From Candidatus Latescibacterota bacterium (lineage in GTDB: Bacteria; Latescibacterota; UBA2968; UBA8231): a stretch of 64,000 bases of DNA. The DNA lies in contig CBDETK010000013.1 in assembly GCA_965242865.1 (NCBI GenBank), positions 2,240,001 to 2,304,000 on the forward strand, written 5' to 3'. This document shows, one piece after another, positions 8,950-18,229 of the stretch; within the stretch, counting starts at the first letter, position 1, and each line of letters starts with the position of its first letter. The notes below the pieces were generated by a model. That model did not search any database and was not told where the DNA came from. It saw nothing but the letters and a program-made list of their open reading frames with translations. Both the position numbers and the translations under genes were made by a program.

Positions 8950-10848
8950 GTGCCACGCATCCTCTACTCAGCGGCCTGCTGCCTCGCGGTGGCCCTCCCG
9001 TTGCACGCGCTCACCATCTATCGCATCGGCGGGGCCGACCGGCCCAAACCGGCGCTGGAAGCCGAGTACGAGTTCGTGCAACTGTCTTGGGAAGCGGTCG
9101 ATCCCCAGCAGCACGGCCAAGCCCAATGGGTCGCGCTGCAGCCCGACCGCATCGGTCCTTTGTTGCTAACTCCCTCGGTCAACCTGACGCCGCTGTTGGA
9201 ATCGCTCGGCGGCCGCATCCTCGTCCTGGAGTGGAACGGCTGGCGGCAGTGGTACGAAGACGACATCCTGATCTTCGATGGCGACCCGGAAACCGCGTAC
9301 TTAGGGGACGGGCACTATCTCCGCGTGGCCGGCTATGGCCCCCAGCACAAGTACTGGGTCTTCGACTTTGGCGGGCGGTTTTTCGTCGATCGCGTGCGCT
9401 TTTATCCGCGCCCGCGCTTTGCCGCGACCCGCTTTGTCGAGCGCTTCATCTTGGGGACCAGCGATGGCGACCCCTTGGCCGACGGCACCCGCGAGTACGC
9501 GGCGAGCTGGCGCAACAGCACCCTCGACTTCGACATCGTCCACCGCGTGCGCGAGAACACCCAAGCCGTCATGGAGTTGGCCCTGCCCGACGAACCCATC
9601 CAGCAGGTGTTCATCGAGCTCCCCGAAAACAACCGCGGGATCTGGGAAATCGCCGAATTCGAAATCTACGGAGCCGGGCCGGCCGCCTTCTCCCGCTATA
9701 CCTCCAACATCATCGACTTGGGGCGACCGGCCGCCTTGGGCACCTTGACTTGGGGCGGCCAGCACGACGCAGAGGCCCGCATCGACCTGAGCGTGCGCAC
9801 GGGCGACGACGACGACCCCAATACCTATTGGCGGCGCACGTTCCGCGGCACCGAGCGCACCCGCTTTGACGCGGCCGGCCAACCGCTCACCCTGCAAACC
9901 TACAACCGCTTACAACGGGGCGAACAGGCCGGCTTCACTCCAGACGTCGAGGACTGGAATTTCTGGAGTGCCCCGTTTGCCTTTGCCGCCGGGCGCGGGC
10001 TTATGCCGGGCGACCGGCTGCGCCGCTACGCGCAATTTAGGGCCGAATTCCACTCGACCGCCGAGGCGACGAGCCACCTCGCGTACGTGCAGTTCAGCGC
10101 GTCCATCCCACCGCCGGCCTCCCAAGCCTTCGGGCAAATTCACCCGCTGCGAGCACCGGCCCTGACCCCGACCCTGTTTACCTTCTCTCTAGAGCCACAC
10201 ATCGCAGCCGACGACCTCGGGTTTGACCACTTAGCCATTGCCACCGCGGCCCAAGTGCAGGCTGTGGAGGCCGTGCGGATCGGCGGAGTAGAAGCGGCCT
10301 ATACCCTGGTGCAGCACGCGGCCGAGGGGGTTGAAATGGCCCTGCCGCGCATGGACCAGCAGCGGACCGGCGAGCGGGTTGAGGTCGATTTCTGGGCCGA
10401 GGTCTTTGCGTACAACACCCACTTTGCCGGGCGAATCCGCGATAGCACTCGCCCGTTTGAAGTGGCCCAGCCCGTGTCCCCCAAGGCGACCCACAGCCTC
10501 CAAGTGGCCTTGCTCAGCCTAGATCAACCGCTCATCGGCCGCCTCGCCCTGCAGCCGGCGGTCTTTACCCCCAACGGCGACGGCCGCAACGACGCCGTGC
10601 AGATCGAATACGACCTGCTGTATCTAGTGGATGCAGTTCGCGTGGAGCTCGCCGTGTTTGACCTCGCTGGTCGTGCGGTGGGCGTCCTCTACGACGGGCC
10701 GGCCACCAGCGGTCGCTTTGCCGTTGAGTGGGACGGTCGCACCGCTGGCGGTCGCCTCGTGCCGCCCGGGTCTTACCTCGTCCGCCTCACCGCAGCAATC
10801 GACCGCGGCCAGCAGCGACGCCAACGCCTCGTCTCGGTCGTTTATTGA
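8950..10848 (+). CDS. Secreted protein with C-terminal FlgD-Ig / CHU_C-like domain, paralog of 3411..5654
   Basis: Signal peptide; blocks shared with 3411..5654 (DFGGRFFVDRVRFYPR, EFEIYG, SNIIDLG, RTGDDDDP, WSAPF); FTPNGDGRND...WDGR...PPGSY. Confidence 0.8.
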   Translation: MPRILYSAACCLAVALPLHALTIYRIGGADRPKPALEAEYEFVQLSWEAVDPQQHGQAQWVALQPDRIGPLLLTPSVNLTPLLESLGGRILVLEWNGWRQWYEDDILIFDGDPETAYLGDGHYLRVAGYGPQHKYWVFDFGGRFFVDRVRFYPRPRFAATRFVERFILGTSDGDPLADGTREYAASWRNSTLDFDIVHRVRENTQAVMELALPDEPIQQVFIELPENNRGIWEIAEFEIYGAGPAAFSRYTSNIIDLGRPAALGTLTWGGQHDAEARIDLSVRTGDDDDPNTYWRRTFRGTERTRFDAAGQPLTLQTYNRLQRGEQAGFTPDVEDWNFWSAPFAFAAGRGLMPGDRLRRYAQFRAEFHSTAEATSHLAYVQFSASIPPPASQAFGQIHPLRAPALTPTLFTFSLEPHIAADDLGFDHLAIATAAQVQAVEAVRIGGVEAAYTLVQHAAEGVEMALPRMDQQRTGERVEVDFWAEVFAYNTHFAGRIRDSTRPFEVAQPVSPKATHSLQVALLSLDQPLIGRLALQPAVFTPNGDGRNDAVQIEYDLLYLVDAVRVELAVFDLAGRAVGVLYDGPATSGRFAVEWDGRTAGGRLVPPGSYLVRLTAAIDRGQQRRQRLVSVVY

Positions 10849-12515
10849 CGCGGCTCAACCACGGTCAGCACCTGATCGGCGGCTAGATTGGTCAGCACCT
10901 GAACCACTCCGCTGGGCCAGCGCACTTCGAGCCGCTCAACGCGCTCGGCCCGGCCCAAGCCAAAGTGCAGCCGCCGGTCGTTGTGGGACAAATAGCTCCC
11001 TCCGCTTTGCACCTCGGCGTGCTGACTTTGTCCGCCGGCACGGACGATCACCCGCGCACCAATCCCGTCGCGGTTGCTCGCGGTGCCCACCGGACGCACC
11101 AGCAGATAGTGATTCTCGTGGTGGCTGTCGTTGCGCAACAGGGTTGGCGGGCCGTTGAGATTGAGGATGAATACATCGAGGTCGCCATCGCTGTCGTAGT
11201 CGGCGAAACTGGTCCCGCGGCTGACCCGGCTCAGGGCAAAGCCCGGGCCAGCCGCCGCCGACACCTCCACTAAGCGTCCGTCCCTGTTTTCAAACAGCGA
11301 GTTGGGTTGTTGGTAGCTGGAGTTGACCCGCGGCAGGTCGGCCTGTGGATAGGTGTGGCCGTTGGCCACGAACAGATCGCGGTCGCCATCGTTGTCGTAG
11401 TCGAAAAAGCCCGTGCCCCACGAGACCCATTCGGCCGGGGCCGCTCCGATCCCGGCCGCAAACGACACGTCGGCAAAAAAGCCTCCGCCCTCATTCCGGT
11501 ACAGCGCGTTGTACTCGTCGGCGAAATTGGTGACGAAGAGGTCGAATAGGCCATCGTTGTCGTAATCGCCCCAAGCGGCCCCCATGCACCCTTGCGCCAC
11601 TCCTTCCCCGCTGTACGCCACGCCAGCCACGAGTCCCTCTGCGGCAAAGCGCCCGTCTTGGCGATTGCGAAACAGCAGGTTGGGCGTGGAATCGTTGGCC
11701 ACGAACAGATCGGGCCAGCCGTCGTCGTCGTAGTCGCTGAACAGGGCGCTCATGCCGTAGAATGCCTCGCCGGACAGGCCCGCCTCGGTTCCGTACTCCC
11801 CAAAGGTCCCATCGCCCTCGTTGCGGTAAAACACATCCGCGGCCGGCCGCAGGCCCACCGGCCCGCAGTACACCTTCACGTTTTTCCACAAGCAGGGGAT
11901 GGGGGATTCGTAGTCCAAGGAGAAGTCCACATAATTGGCCACGTACAAATCCACGTCGCCATCGCGGTCGTAATCCCCAAAGCTGGCCCCCGTGCCCCAT
12001 CCGGTATCGCCCACGCCGGCTGCGACCGTCACGTCGGCAAAGCGACCACCATCGCGGTTGCGATAGAGGATGTTGCGGCCAAAGTTGGTGACGTAGAGGT
12101 CGGTATGGCCGTCGTTGTCGTAATCGGCCGCCGCGCAGCCCATGGACCAACTCGTATCGCCCACGCTGGCTGCGGCCGTCACATCGGCAAAGCGGCCGCT
12201 GTCGTTGCGGTAGAGCTGGTTGGCCGGATGCTCGCCCGCGGCAAAGCCGGCAAAGGAAGAGCCGTTGGTCACGTACAAATCCGCGTCGCCATCGCGGTCG
12301 TAATCGAAAAAGGCGGCCCCGCCCATCATCCCCTCGACGATGTAGCTTTGGTCGGTCCCCGAGACATTGCGCTGGGTCAGCCCGGCCGCCACCGCTTGAT
12401 CGACGAATTGCGCGGCGAGCGGCTCGCTCCACCCGCTGACGGCCCCCAAGAGGCACCCCACCGCGCCCGTTATCAACGCACCCCAGCCGCCGGCCTTCCT
12501 AAGGATCGAGGGCAT
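10842..12515 (-). CDS. CRTAC1 family protein (FG-GAP/VCBS repeats plus ASPIC/UnbV domain)
   Basis: Repeated DYDxDGxxDLYVxN; C-terminal SNRDGIGARV...GGSYLS...LHFGLG...WPSG. The start is uncertain because it lies inside a REP-like palindrome. Confidence 0.88.
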   Translation of the reverse strand: MPSILRKAGGWGALITGAVGCLLGAVSGWSEPLAAQFVDQAVAAGLTQRNVSGTDQSYIVEGMMGGAAFFDYDRDGDADLYVTNGSSFAGFAAGEHPANQLYRNDSGRFADVTAAASVGDTSWSMGCAAADYDNDGHTDLYVTNFGRNILYRNRDGGRFADVTVAAGVGDTGWGTGASFGDYDRDGDVDLYVANYVDFSLDYESPIPCLWKNVKVYCGPVGLRPAADVFYRNEGDGTFGEYGTEAGLSGEAFYGMSALFSDYDDDGWPDLFVANDSTPNLLFRNRQDGRFAAEGLVAGVAYSGEGVAQGCMGAAWGDYDNDGLFDLFVTNFADEYNALYRNEGGGFFADVSFAAGIGAAPAEWVSWGTGFFDYDNDGDRDLFVANGHTYPQADLPRVNSSYQQPNSLFENRDGRLVEVSAAAGPGFALSRVSRGTSFADYDSDGDLDVFILNLNGPPTLLRNDSHHENHYLLVRPVGTASNRDGIGARVIVRAGGQSQHAEVQSGGSYLSHNDRRLHFGLGRAERVERLEVRWPSGVVQVLTNLAADQVLTVVEPRQ

Positions 12516-12549
12516 CTTGCCCTCGCCGAGGGCGGGACGCCCTCGATCC
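12503..12549. repeat. REP-like double-hairpin palindrome, copy 1
   Basis: GGATCGAGGGCATCTTGCCCTCG-CC-GAGGGCGGGACGCCCTCGATCC; 24 nt are identical to 51142..51165. Confidence 0.7.
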
Positions 12550-12574
12550 CGGACGCAAAGCAAGTGTCGCGTAC

Positions 12575-14404
12575 TTAGCGCACCCATTCCTGCTCCACGA
12601 CCAAGACCCGATCGACCAACTCGCCGCGCCGCTCTTGTACGCTGCCATCGGGCCAAGTGATCTCAATCCGCTCTACGAGGGCGCAATCGCCCAAGCCAAA
12701 GTGCAAGCGGCTATCGCTCGCCGATAGATAGGTGCCGCCGCCAATCCGCTGGCGCGTTTGTACGGTGCTGCCGCAGACCACCCGCACCCGCGCCCCAACC
12801 GCATCGCGATTCGCCCGCGTCCCCACTAGCTGCAGGGACAACCAGTGACGGGCCGATCGCAGCTCGTTGCGGTACAGCCGCGCCGCGGCATTGACGTTGG
12901 TCACCAGCGCGTCCAAGTCGCCGTCGTTGTCGTAATCGCCATAAGCGGCCCCGCGCGACACCCCAGCCAACGCAAAGGCCGGGCCGCTACGGGCCGACAC
13001 GTCGGCGAAGGTACCTTGGCCATCGTTGGCGAAAAGCTGGTTGGGCTGGGCATAGCTCAACGCCGAGTCCTGTCGGGCGATGCGGTCGAGGACGTGGCCG
13101 TTGGCTACGAATAAATCCACATCCGCGTCGTTGTCGGCATCGGCAAAAAACGCGCCAAATCCCAGCGGCAGTAAGGTCGAGCCGTGCAGGCCCGCGCTCT
13201 CGGTCGCATCGGCAAAGCGGCCGCCGCCCTCGTTGCGGTACAGGGTGTTGCTCTCGCGGGAAAAGTTGGTCACCAACAGGTCGGCATCGCCGTCGCCATC
13301 GCCGTCGCCGACCGCGACCCCCATGCCGGCCTCGGCTTGGCCGGTGCCGTTGTACGCGGCCCCGGCCGCCAGCCCGGCCTCGGCAAACGTGCCGTCGCCG
13401 CGATTGCGGTAGAAAAAATTGCGCGTCCCGTCGTTGGCCACGTACACGTCGAGGGACCCATCGCCGTCAAAATCAGCGGCCGCGACCCCTAGCCCCTTGC
13501 CAAAAGGACTGAAGACCCCGCTGGCCTGCGCCACGTCGGAGAACCGCCCGTCCCCCTCGTTGCGAAAGAGGGCGTCGGGCGCGCCGTTGTAGCGTCTCGG
13601 GCTGCAATAGGTCCGCTGGTCGGCCGGAACGCGCAAGGTGGCCCCAGTGCTGGCGACCGCGCCGCCGCACAAGCGGTTGGTGCTCGGCGTCAAGTCGAGG
13701 TAATTAGCCACGTATAGATCGAGATCGCCGTCGTTGTCGTAGTCGAAAAAGGCCGCGCTCGTACTCCAGTGGGGGTCGGCCACGCCAGCGGCCTGCGCCC
13801 GCTCGGCAAAGGTCCCGTCCTCCTGATTCCGGTAGAAGGCATTGCGACCGTAATTGGTCACGTAGAGATCGGCGCGCCCGTCGTTGTCGTAATCGCCGAC
13901 CGCGCACCCCATGCCGTAGCCCAGATCGCCGGTCTTGGTCTGCGCGGTGACCTCGCGGAAGGTGCCGCCCGCATTGTGGTAGAGGCGATTTTGCGTCTGC
14001 CCCGAGCCGGGCGCTTGACGCCACGCCAACACCAAGGTATCCACTCGGCCATCGTAGCGCAGGGGCGGTCGGAACTCCTCGACGACCCAAGTGCCCGCTG
14101 AATCGCCGGTCACGAGGTTGACCGGCACCAAGTGCTCGCGCCACGGCGACAGGTCAAAGCCATCGACGAGATACACGTCTAGCCAGCCATCGTCGTCCCA
14201 GTCGAAAAAGGCCGCGCCGGCCCCCATCGTCTCAATCAGGAAGTAATCGCCGCTGGCGCCGCTGGTGTGGCGAAAATCTAGCCCGACCTCGGCCGCCACC
14301 TCCACGAAAAAGGCCGAGGACTTGGGCGCGTCACAGCCGCAGCACAGGAAGAAAAAAACCAAGATCGGGAGCAAAATGGATGGATGAGGGGCGTAGCTAT
14401 TCAC
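12575..14404 (-). CDS. CRTAC1 family lipoprotein (FG-GAP repeats plus ASPIC/UnbV)
   Basis: Hydrophobic leader ending LCCGC; DYDNDG repeats; NRDAVGARV...LHFGLG...WPDG. GTG start inferred. Confidence 0.88.
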   Translation of the reverse strand: MNSYAPHPSILLPILVFFFLCCGCDAPKSSAFFVEVAAEVGLDFRHTSGASGDYFLIETMGAGAAFFDWDDDGWLDVYLVDGFDLSPWREHLVPVNLVTGDSAGTWVVEEFRPPLRYDGRVDTLVLAWRQAPGSGQTQNRLYHNAGGTFREVTAQTKTGDLGYGMGCAVGDYDNDGRADLYVTNYGRNAFYRNQEDGTFAERAQAAGVADPHWSTSAAFFDYDNDGDLDLYVANYLDLTPSTNRLCGGAVASTGATLRVPADQRTYCSPRRYNGAPDALFRNEGDGRFSDVAQASGVFSPFGKGLGVAAADFDGDGSLDVYVANDGTRNFFYRNRGDGTFAEAGLAAGAAYNGTGQAEAGMGVAVGDGDGDGDADLLVTNFSRESNTLYRNEGGGRFADATESAGLHGSTLLPLGFGAFFADADNDADVDLFVANGHVLDRIARQDSALSYAQPNQLFANDGQGTFADVSARSGPAFALAGVSRGAAYGDYDNDGDLDALVTNVNAAARLYRNELRSARHWLSLQLVGTRANRDAVGARVRVVCGSTVQTRQRIGGGTYLSASDSRLHFGLGDCALVERIEITWPDGSVQERRGELVDRVLVVEQEWVR

Positions 14405-14506
14405 CGCAAAAAAGTAAGCCCTACCTGCAAACGGAGCCAATTGAGGGGCCGCTCTTCGGTAGTGGATCCGTTTGAAATTCACTATGTTTGAAAAGGGGAA
14501 TGCCAA

Positions 14507-14525
14507 CCGGATGACCGTCATCCGG
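14507..14525. promoter_or_regulatory. Perfect palindrome upstream of the repeat-protein gene
   Basis: CCGGATGAC-C-GTCATCCGG about 40 nt before the ATG at 14566; function unknown. Confidence 0.35.
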
Positions 14526-14565
14526 GCTTTAGTCACCCGCAGACCAAAAGCAAGGAGTCTTTCCT

Positions 14566-15375
14566 ATGAACGAGAATACCTTTCGCGTCGTGCTTGCCGA
14601 AGCACTTAAGCCCGTAATGGACCGGCTGGACCGGATAGAGACAAAGGTCGATGGCCTAGAGACAAAAGTCGATAGCTTAGAAACGAAGGTCGATGGCCTA
14701 GAAACGAAGGTCGATAGCTTAGAAACGAAGGTCGATGGCTTAGAGACAAAAGTCGATGGCCTAGAAACGAAGGTCGATAGCTTAGAGACAAAAGTTGATG
14801 GCTTAGAAACGAAGGTCGATGGCCTAGAAACGAAGGTCGATGGCCTAGAAACGAAATTCGATGGCCTAGAAACGAAATTCGATGGCCTAGAAACGAAATT
14901 CGATGGCCTAGAAACGAAATTCGATGGCCTAGAAACGAAATTCGATGGCCTAGAAACGAAATTCGATGGCCTAGAAACGAAGGTCGATGGCCTAGAAACG
15001 AAATTCGATGGCCTAGAAACGAAGGTCGATGGCCTAGAAACGAAATTCGATGGCCTAGCGACAAAGCTCGACGACCACGAGGATAAGACCGCTGAACGGT
15101 TTGCCGCTTTGGCGGTGAAGGTGGTCAGCTTAGAGACGAAGCTCGACGACCACGAGGATAAGACCGCTGAGCGATTTGCCGCTTTGGCGGTGAAGGTAGT
15201 CAGCCTAGAGACGAAGCTTGACGACCACGAGGATAAGACCGCTGAGCGGTTTGCCGCCTTGGCGGTGAAGGTAGTCAGCCTAGAAACGAAGCTCGACGAC
15301 CACGAGGACAAGACCGCCGGTCAGCTTGCTTCTTTAGCGTTCAATCTATCCCAAACGAAGGATGTCAACGCCTAA
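14566..15375 (+). CDS. Tandem-repeat coiled-coil protein
   Basis: RBS AAGGAG; 20 x ETK(V/F)D(G/S)L heptads followed by about 3.5 x 25-aa repeats; downstream terminator. Confidence 0.8.
   Translation: MNENTFRVVLAEALKPVMDRLDRIETKVDGLETKVDSLETKVDGLETKVDSLETKVDGLETKVDGLETKVDSLETKVDGLETKVDGLETKVDGLETKFDGLETKFDGLETKFDGLETKFDGLETKFDGLETKFDGLETKVDGLETKFDGLETKVDGLETKFDGLATKLDDHEDKTAERFAALAVKVVSLETKLDDHEDKTAERFAALAVKVVSLETKLDDHEDKTAERFAALAVKVVSLETKLDDHEDKTAGQLASLAFNLSQTKDVNA
14638..15057. repeat. 21-bp coding tandem repeat, 20 copies
   Basis: Consensus GAAACGAARKTCGATGGCCTA. Confidence 0.95.
15058..15318. repeat. 75-bp coding tandem repeat, about 3.5 copies
   Basis: Encodes ETKLDDHEDKTAERFAALAVKVVSL. 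Confidence 0.93.
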
Positions 15376-15415
15376 AGGACCTCAAAGGCCGCGCCAGCGC
15401 ACCACTATTTTAACC

Positions 15416-15449
15416 AACCCCCAGACGCGGTGCGTCCGGGGGTTTTCTC
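15416..15449 (+). terminator. Rho-independent terminator
   Basis: AACCCCCAGACGC-GGT-GCGTCCGGGGGTT stem followed by TTCTC, 40 nt after the stop. Confidence 0.7.
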
Positions 15450-15527
15450 TAGTAATTTCACGGATACACTACCCAAACGCATAGGACGACGCTATGGCTG
15501 CTCCGCCTGACCGGCACTTCCATCGAA

Positions 15528-15704
15528 ATGACCGAGCAGGACTTCAACGACCTAGTGCGGATTCACCTATGCGACTGGCTGGAGCAGGTGGCGCGGTGGG
15601 GCCGATGGGACTATCGCCGCGCCGCCTTCGAGCGCATGGCACAGCGCTTAGGTGGCATTGCCGCGGAGCGGTTCGCCGTGGTGTTCGCCGGTCGCCTCAA
15701 ATAG
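15528..15704 (+). pseudogene. C-terminal fragment of a hypothetical protein (DUF6817-like)
   Basis: Hand translation MTEQDFNDLVRIHLCDWLEQVARWGRWDYRRAAFERMAQRLGG...; protein-like but lacks an N-terminal part. Family match is from memory. Confidence 0.45.
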
Positions 15705-17190
15705 ATACCGAAAACAGCTTGGCTTTGTACAGGTGAAAGCGGAGGCCGACCTGTTCGCCGGCGAGGGCCGCTAGATCGGCTCGGCCCCTCCAGCGCGCGG
15801 CCTCAGCGATGGAATCGCCCGTGAGCGGCTCGGCCTCTTTGAGCGAGAAGCCGGGGTAGGCTTCTACCGGCTGCGGAGGCGTGTGAATGGTCTGGACGAT
15901 TTCGGCCTTGATCCAGCCGTCTGGGGCCGTGCGAAAGTTGAGCAGCAGGGCGCGGCCGGCGCACGGTCGCTCAATGAGCGTGACCCGTCCCTCGCCTTTG
16001 GCCTCGATCCCCGCGAGCCGGTCGGGGTCCCAACAGGCCCAGCGAAATTCTCCATCCTCGGGGTACGCCGCGCCGCGGCGGAGGAAGTCGTGGCGGCGTT
16101 GGTAGCCCCTAAAGGGCAGCCGCCAAGTGCCGTTGGCAGCGATGAGATTCGGGCTGGCGTAGAGCTGGCCGTAGGTTCCCCCCTCGTAATTGAGGTCGAT
16201 AATGGGCTGGCGGAAGGGCCGGATCCATTGGTGGCTATCGCGGCTGACCGCGAGCTGGACATCGACCGTAGAGGCGATCCGGTGGTACACCGACGGAAAC
16301 ATCAGATAGCGCGGCTGCGTCCCTGGGTACGGGGTGTAGCAGGGATTGTACAGGTCGTCGTCAATCGGGTCCAAGGGGTCGGGCAGGAGGCAGGGGCGCG
16401 GGTCGGCCAAGGCGGCAAACCGCGCGCCCGACACGCGGCGCACCAAGCGCCGACGGTCGAGATGGCCGCGCAAGTACGCCACGTATTGCCCTTGGTGCGG
16501 ATCGTATGCGCAGAGGTTGTGGGTGTCTAGCTGGGTCGCGCCTGCGTCAAAGACGGGGGTGCTGAGGTTTTGCCAGTGGATGCCATCGGGCGAGACCGCG
16601 CCGTGGAGCTGCTGCCGAATCTCAATTCCTCGGGCCTTTTCCCCGGCCGACACATCCCCCAAGTCGCGGGCCACGAGCAGGGCCTTGAAGCGGGCGGAGT
16701 CCATTTCTGGATCGGGCTGGCCATTGCGGAAGTAGCGCGCCCCCGGGCCGACGGCTTTGTAGCGCTCGGCCGCCGGGGCGCTGGGGTCGATGAACACCCA
16801 GCCGAGGGGATGGTCGTGGCCCGCGCTGATGATGTTGTTGCGGGTAGAGCCTTCGTACTCGCACAAGCCCAAATCCGGTCGTTGCCAGCAAAAGCCGTCG
16901 TCGCTTTCGGCGTAGCAGACATAAGAGCGTGCAATGTCGTCCAAGCGCTGCACCCCGTACCAGAGGCGATAGCACCCTTCGGCGTGTAGCATGGCGTTGA
17001 TGTGGAGATTGGCACCTTGCTCCCAAGGGCGTTCCTGGTGGAAGAAGACCGCGGACTTACGAGCCAGCTCGGGCGCGAGTTCAATGCCTTGGGGCGGGTC
17101 CTGCGACCAGACGGTGCCGTCGTCTTCGAGCTTGCGGTGGGAGGGCCAGACTCCGTACCAGTCGAGAAAGGGCGTGGGTTGGGGCTGCAT
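15697..17190 (-). CDS. Hypothetical beta-propeller glycoside-hydrolase-like protein (GH32/43 clan-like)
   Basis: YRLWY, CYAESDDG..W, VFIDP, SPDGIHW, DTHN, VDVQLAVSRD. Confidence 0.65.
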   Translation of the reverse strand: MQPQPTPFLDWYGVWPSHRKLEDDGTVWSQDPPQGIELAPELARKSAVFFHQERPWEQGANLHINAMLHAEGCYRLWYGVQRLDDIARSYVCYAESDDGFCWQRPDLGLCEYEGSTRNNIISAGHDHPLGWVFIDPSAPAAERYKAVGPGARYFRNGQPDPEMDSARFKALLVARDLGDVSAGEKARGIEIRQQLHGAVSPDGIHWQNLSTPVFDAGATQLDTHNLCAYDPHQGQYVAYLRGHLDRRRLVRRVSGARFAALADPRPCLLPDPLDPIDDDLYNPCYTPYPGTQPRYLMFPSVYHRIASTVDVQLAVSRDSHQWIRPFRQPIIDLNYEGGTYGQLYASPNLIAANGTWRLPFRGYQRRHDFLRRGAAYPEDGEFRWACWDPDRLAGIEAKGEGRVTLIERPCAGRALLLNFRTAPDGWIKAEIVQTIHTPPQPVEAYPGFSLKEAEPLTGDSIAEAARWRGRADLAALAGEQVGLRFHLYKAKLFSVSI

Positions 17191-17196
17191 GGCGAA

Positions 17197-18216
17197 TTAC
17201 TCCCGGGTTAGGTCGCTGAGGTGGACCAGCTCGCCGCCGCGTTCGGCCGAGGCATTGGCCCCCAAGACCGCGGCGAGGCTGTTGAGCGAAGGCACGTAGG
17301 GGCTGCGCGGCAGGGCCGGGTCGTCCGCTTGGACCGCGGCGATAAAGGCGCGGGCCTGCGCAAAAAAGGCGCCCCGCGATTGCGGCGCTTGGTCGGCTTC
17401 CCACACCACCTCGCCGTTTTCCCGCACCTGCTGCGGATTCCACTCAATGACCGAGTCGTCGCTGATGACGAGGATTTCGCGCCGCGCGTACTCGACATGG
17501 CTCAGTACCCGCGAGACGCTGGCGTTGGCCGTCAAGCGCTCCTTAAAGCGGTAGTTGACGTTGTACACGTGGGGCAGATTCATCGGCTCAATGCGCTCTT
17601 CGGGCAGGGATTCGACGTAGAAGGCCGACACCGCCTCAATATCGCCGAGCCAGTAGCGCAGCAGATCGACGCTGTGGATGGTGTTTTCCACAAACGAGCC
17701 GCCGCAGAGTTCGTAGCGGCTGGTCCAGTAGCGGATCGGCTGGCCGCTGTAGAAGTTTTGGATTTGGGCGTGGCGCGGCGTGCGCTTCTGCACCAACTCC
17801 AAGGTCGGCGCGGAAGCCGGCTCGTAGCGATAGACAAAGCCGACTTGGGATACGATGCCGGCTTTTGCAATGGCGGCGTTGAACTCGGCGACTTGCGCCA
17901 GATCGAGGGTCTGCGGCTTTTCGACGAACAGGGCGACGCCTTGGTCCGCGGCGATGAGCACCTCGTCGGTGTGTGCGGTCGGCGGAATGCACAAGTAAAC
18001 CGCGTCGAGTTGCTGCTCGGCGAACATCAGGTGGTGATCGGTATAGGTCGAGCGAGGCTTGTAGGCGGCCGCTTGTTCGCGGAGAGTCTCCTCGCTTTGG
18101 TCGCAAAAGGCTTGGAAAACGACTTGGCCTTCCTCGGCCAGAGCCGCTAACGCCGGCAGGTGCGCCCTTTGGGTGATCCAGCCGAGGCCAATGCAGCCGA
18201 CGCGGACAGGTTTCAT
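17197..18216 (-). CDS. Gfo/Idh/MocA family oxidoreductase
   Basis: VGCIGLGWI, FVEKP, ENTIHSVD; RBS GAGGAGG. Confidence 0.9.
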   Translation of the reverse strand: MKPVRVGCIGLGWITQRAHLPALAALAEEGQVVFQAFCDQSEETLREQAAAYKPRSTYTDHHLMFAEQQLDAVYLCIPPTAHTDEVLIAADQGVALFVEKPQTLDLAQVAEFNAAIAKAGIVSQVGFVYRYEPASAPTLELVQKRTPRHAQIQNFYSGQPIRYWTSRYELCGGSFVENTIHSVDLLRYWLGDIEAVSAFYVESLPEERIEPMNLPHVYNVNYRFKERLTANASVSRVLSHVEYARREILVISDDSVIEWNPQQVRENGEVVWEADQAPQSRGAFFAQARAFIAAVQADDPALPRSPYVPSLNSLAAVLGANASAERGGELVHLSDLTRE

Positions 18217-18229
18217 CAGCAATTCCTCC

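Noticed and set aside
14529-15311. Antisense ORFs of 260 aa and 152 aa over the repeat gene
   Set aside because: They are shadows of the stop-free tandem repeat; the plus-strand frame has the RBS and terminator.
14638-15318. Possible CRISPR array
   Set aside because: The units are directly adjacent with no unique spacers, keep the reading frame, and no cas genes are present.
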